Positions 62,119-64,000 of a DNA stretch of 64,000 nt are shown in pieces. The translations under genes and the position numbers were made by a program. Numbering within the stretch: position 1 is the first letter of the stretch; the number at the start of each line of letters is the position of its first letter. Location: NCBI GenBank assembly GCA_003228115.1, contig QEVV01000003.1:77466-141465 (forward strand), read 5' to 3'. Below the pieces are notes generated by a model. The model was not told the DNA's origin. It saw only the letters and a program-made list of their open reading frames with translations, and made no database searches. Origin of the DNA: Chloroflexota bacterium. GTDB taxonomy: Bacteria; Chloroflexota; Dehalococcoidia; Lucifugimonadales; SAR202-VII-2.

Positions 62119-62277
62119 AGCACGCCCACCGTAGATTGCATCAAGGAGTTAGGTTGTTCCGGGCCTGCGGATTCATGTGTCACAGCGTACACGCGTACAG
62201 CGCAGCGTCAACCCCGCGCGCACCTATTGAGATGATGACCGGGCCTGGGCGCCAACAGATGCCGTTTGGGGCTGCTC

Positions 62278-63438
62278 TCAATGGCGGAAATGCCGCACTT
62301 CTATGGCAGAGACAGCTTGCGACACCAGACCTTCGACATCCAGGTCTTCCTCGAAACGCTCCAGTTCTGAAGCCTTGCTTCGAATGACCGGGTGTGTGGG
62401 AGTGAAGAGGCTGCAGCAGTCCTGGTCGGGAATGATGGAAACGGCGTAAGTACCCAAGGCTCTGGCCTGGTCTATGATTTCCACCTTGTCCATGCCAATC
62501 AATGGGCGCAGGACAGGCATGGAAGCCACGGCATCGATGGCGGCGATGTTTTCAACGGTCTGTGAGCTGACCTGACCCACGCTTTCGCCAGTGACCAAGG
62601 CCAAGGCGCCCTCTCTCCTGGCTACCTGCTCAGCGATGCGAAACATGAAGCGGCGGTATAGCACCACTCGGTAAGCCGCAGGTACCGACAGAATGATTGT
62701 CTTTTGGATTTCAGCCAAAGGCGCCAGAAACAACGTCGACTCGTATTGATAGGTTGTCAGGGCCTGCACAAGCTCAGCCGCTTTTTCCATTGAGCTGGTG
62801 TCCACCAGGGGGTAGCTGTGAAAGTGGAGGAAGTATGTTGGACAGCCCCGCTTCATCATCCGCCAGGCAGAAACGGGGGAATCGATGCCTCCAGAGAGCA
62901 GGGTCAAGACCGGGGCACTGGCGCCTACCGGCAACCCACCTGAGGCCTGCACCTTATTAACATAGACGTAGGCATCTCTGGGCATGATGTCTACATAGAA
63001 GACTGCCTCAGGTTGTTTAAGGTCCACCCTGGCTCCCGTTGCCTCCCCTACCAAAGCCCCAAGCTCGCGGTTCAACTCCATTGAGGTGAGCGGAAACTTC
63101 TTGTCAGCACGATTCGCCGTGATCCGGAAGGAGGCGAATGGCTTCGAGTTCGCGAGCTTAGTGACCAGACTCTTGATTGATTCTAGATTTGGTTCAGCCC
63201 GGTTCACGATCGAGAAGTTGACAACGCCGAAGACCCTCTTGAGTTGGTGTTCTAGAGCCGGCCATTCCGCATCTGGGGCTAGTTTGAGGCCGACCATTGT
63301 CCGGCCATCCCAAACAGACTCTACGCCCAGTCCTCGGGTGGCCTCTCGCAGGTTTCCCACCAACTGGCGGGCGAAGAAGGGTCGGTTCTTGCCCTTGAGG
63401 GCAATCTCATGGAAGCGGGCTATAACAAATCGATTCAT
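62278..63438 (-). CDS. thiI: tRNA 4-thiouridine(8) synthase ThiI (no rhodanese domain)
   Basis: Start at MNRFVIARFHEIALKGKNR, THUMP region, and PP-loop LLSGGIDSPVSAW. The start abuts the Nudix gene stop. Confidence 0.9.
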   Translation of the reverse strand: MNRFVIARFHEIALKGKNRPFFARQLVGNLREATRGLGVESVWDGRTMVGLKLAPDAEWPALEHQLKRVFGVVNFSIVNRAEPNLESIKSLVTKLANSKPFASFRITANRADKKFPLTSMELNRELGALVGEATGARVDLKQPEAVFYVDIMPRDAYVYVNKVQASGGLPVGASAPVLTLLSGGIDSPVSAWRMMKRGCPTYFLHFHSYPLVDTSSMEKAAELVQALTTYQYESTLFLAPLAEIQKTIILSVPAAYRVVLYRRFMFRIAEQVARREGALALVTGESVGQVSSQTVENIAAIDAVASMPVLRPLIGMDKVEIIDQARALGTYAVSIIPDQDCCSLFTPTHPVIRSKASELERFEEDLDVEGLVSQAVSAIEVRHFRH

Positions 63439-63881
63439 GCCTTCAGCCACCGCAGGTAGAGTTTGGAACACAGCGAACCGAGATCAGCCGCTGGCTGGAG
63501 GGCCTCCGGGCTTGCCCAACGCCAACTTGTGTATTGAGTTGTGCCGTCATGGGTGCTACCCAGCTTTAGTCCGGTTTCGCCCACGTCAAGATTAGCCCGA
63601 TAGACCGTCATGGTTAGCACATAAGAATCGCGTTCCTGCTGACCAAATGCCAGAGCATCCTGCAGATCAAGTTCAACGCCCAGCTTGTCCCTGCCCGCCC
63701 TTACAGCAGCCTCCGCACACGTCTCTCCCGCCCTTATGGAAGCGGCTGGAAGGCCCCACATGCCGGGCAGCTCTTCGCCAGGCTCGTTGGGCCTCTGGAC
63801 CATGAGAACCATTCCCGGCTCTGAGGACGTTGATATTGCCAAGGCAACTGCTTCCTTGACGGGGTTATGAGATATGTTCAT
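63435..63881 (-). CDS. Nudix-fold protein with degenerate Nudix box
   Basis: ...MWGLPAASIRAGETCAEAAVRAGRDKLGV aligns to the Nudix box G(5x)E(7x)REUxEExGU. However RE becomes RA and EE becomes DK. Confidence 0.75.
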   Translation of the reverse strand: MNISHNPVKEAVALAISTSSEPGMVLMVQRPNEPGEELPGMWGLPAASIRAGETCAEAAVRAGRDKLGVELDLQDALAFGQQERDSYVLTMTVYRANLDVGETGLKLGSTHDGTTQYTSWRWASPEALQPAADLGSLCSKLYLRWLKA

Positions 63882-64000
63882 ATCGGTGGGAAAGAGCCCA
63901 TTGGATAAGACACGCGGTGGAAACCTTGACGCTAACGCCTACGGAAAAGGCCTAGAAAGCGGTCCTCGTATTCGGGGAAGACATCCCACTGATCCAGTTC

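Noticed and set aside
63932-64000. Open minus-strand frame at the window edge (…ELDQWDVFPEYEDRFLGLFRRR, stop at 63932)
   Set aside because: Only 22 codons are visible, which is too little to call a gene or assign a function. It may be the 3' end of a gene lying outside the window.

Overview
GC-rich, gene-dense chromosomal segment. I support about 64 protein-coding genes and two tandem tRNA-Ser genes. I see no rRNA, no CRISPR array and no recognisable transposase or prophage.

Two kinds of content are interleaved:
- Housekeeping genes: holA; the replication cluster dnaB / DnaD-like / DnaC-like; rplI; purL; glmU; ispH; fumC-like; the conserved dprA-topA-xerC block; rpmE; rplU-rpmA; rsmD-coaD; thiI.
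- Catabolic paralog families: six luciferase-like (LLM) flavin/F420 oxidoreductase genes including a tandem triplet, three Amidohydro_2 paralogs with an orphan TctC-type binding lipoprotein, several SDRs, two VOC/glyoxalase proteins, NIPSNAP, RidA, HIT, glcDEF and an acyl-CoA synthetase.

The paralog expansion, the Pro/Thr-rich lipoprotein linkers, the DnaD/DnaC-type replication genes and the leaderless-looking promoters suggest a Chloroflexota (SAR202-like) genome. This is inference only.

I did not find a clear-cut novel multi-gene system such as a defence island. The observations most worth follow-up are:
- a leaderless Cys-rich mini-ORF with alternative hairpins in front of the sulfite/nitrite reductase gene, a candidate cysteine attenuator;
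- a Memo-family (AmmeMemoRadiSam B-like) protein with an N-terminal PqqD/RRE-like extension and no A or radical-SAM partner nearby;
- a helicase-loader gene with two fused DnaC-type AAA+ modules;
- a family of perfectly palindromic 28-nt intergenic repeats showing compensatory changes;
- an inverted pair of hairpin-type repeats (MITE-like);
- a short collagen-like (19 x G-X-Y) lipoprotein gene with its own promoter and terminator.

All functional calls come from reading the translated ORFs by eye. No database search was run.
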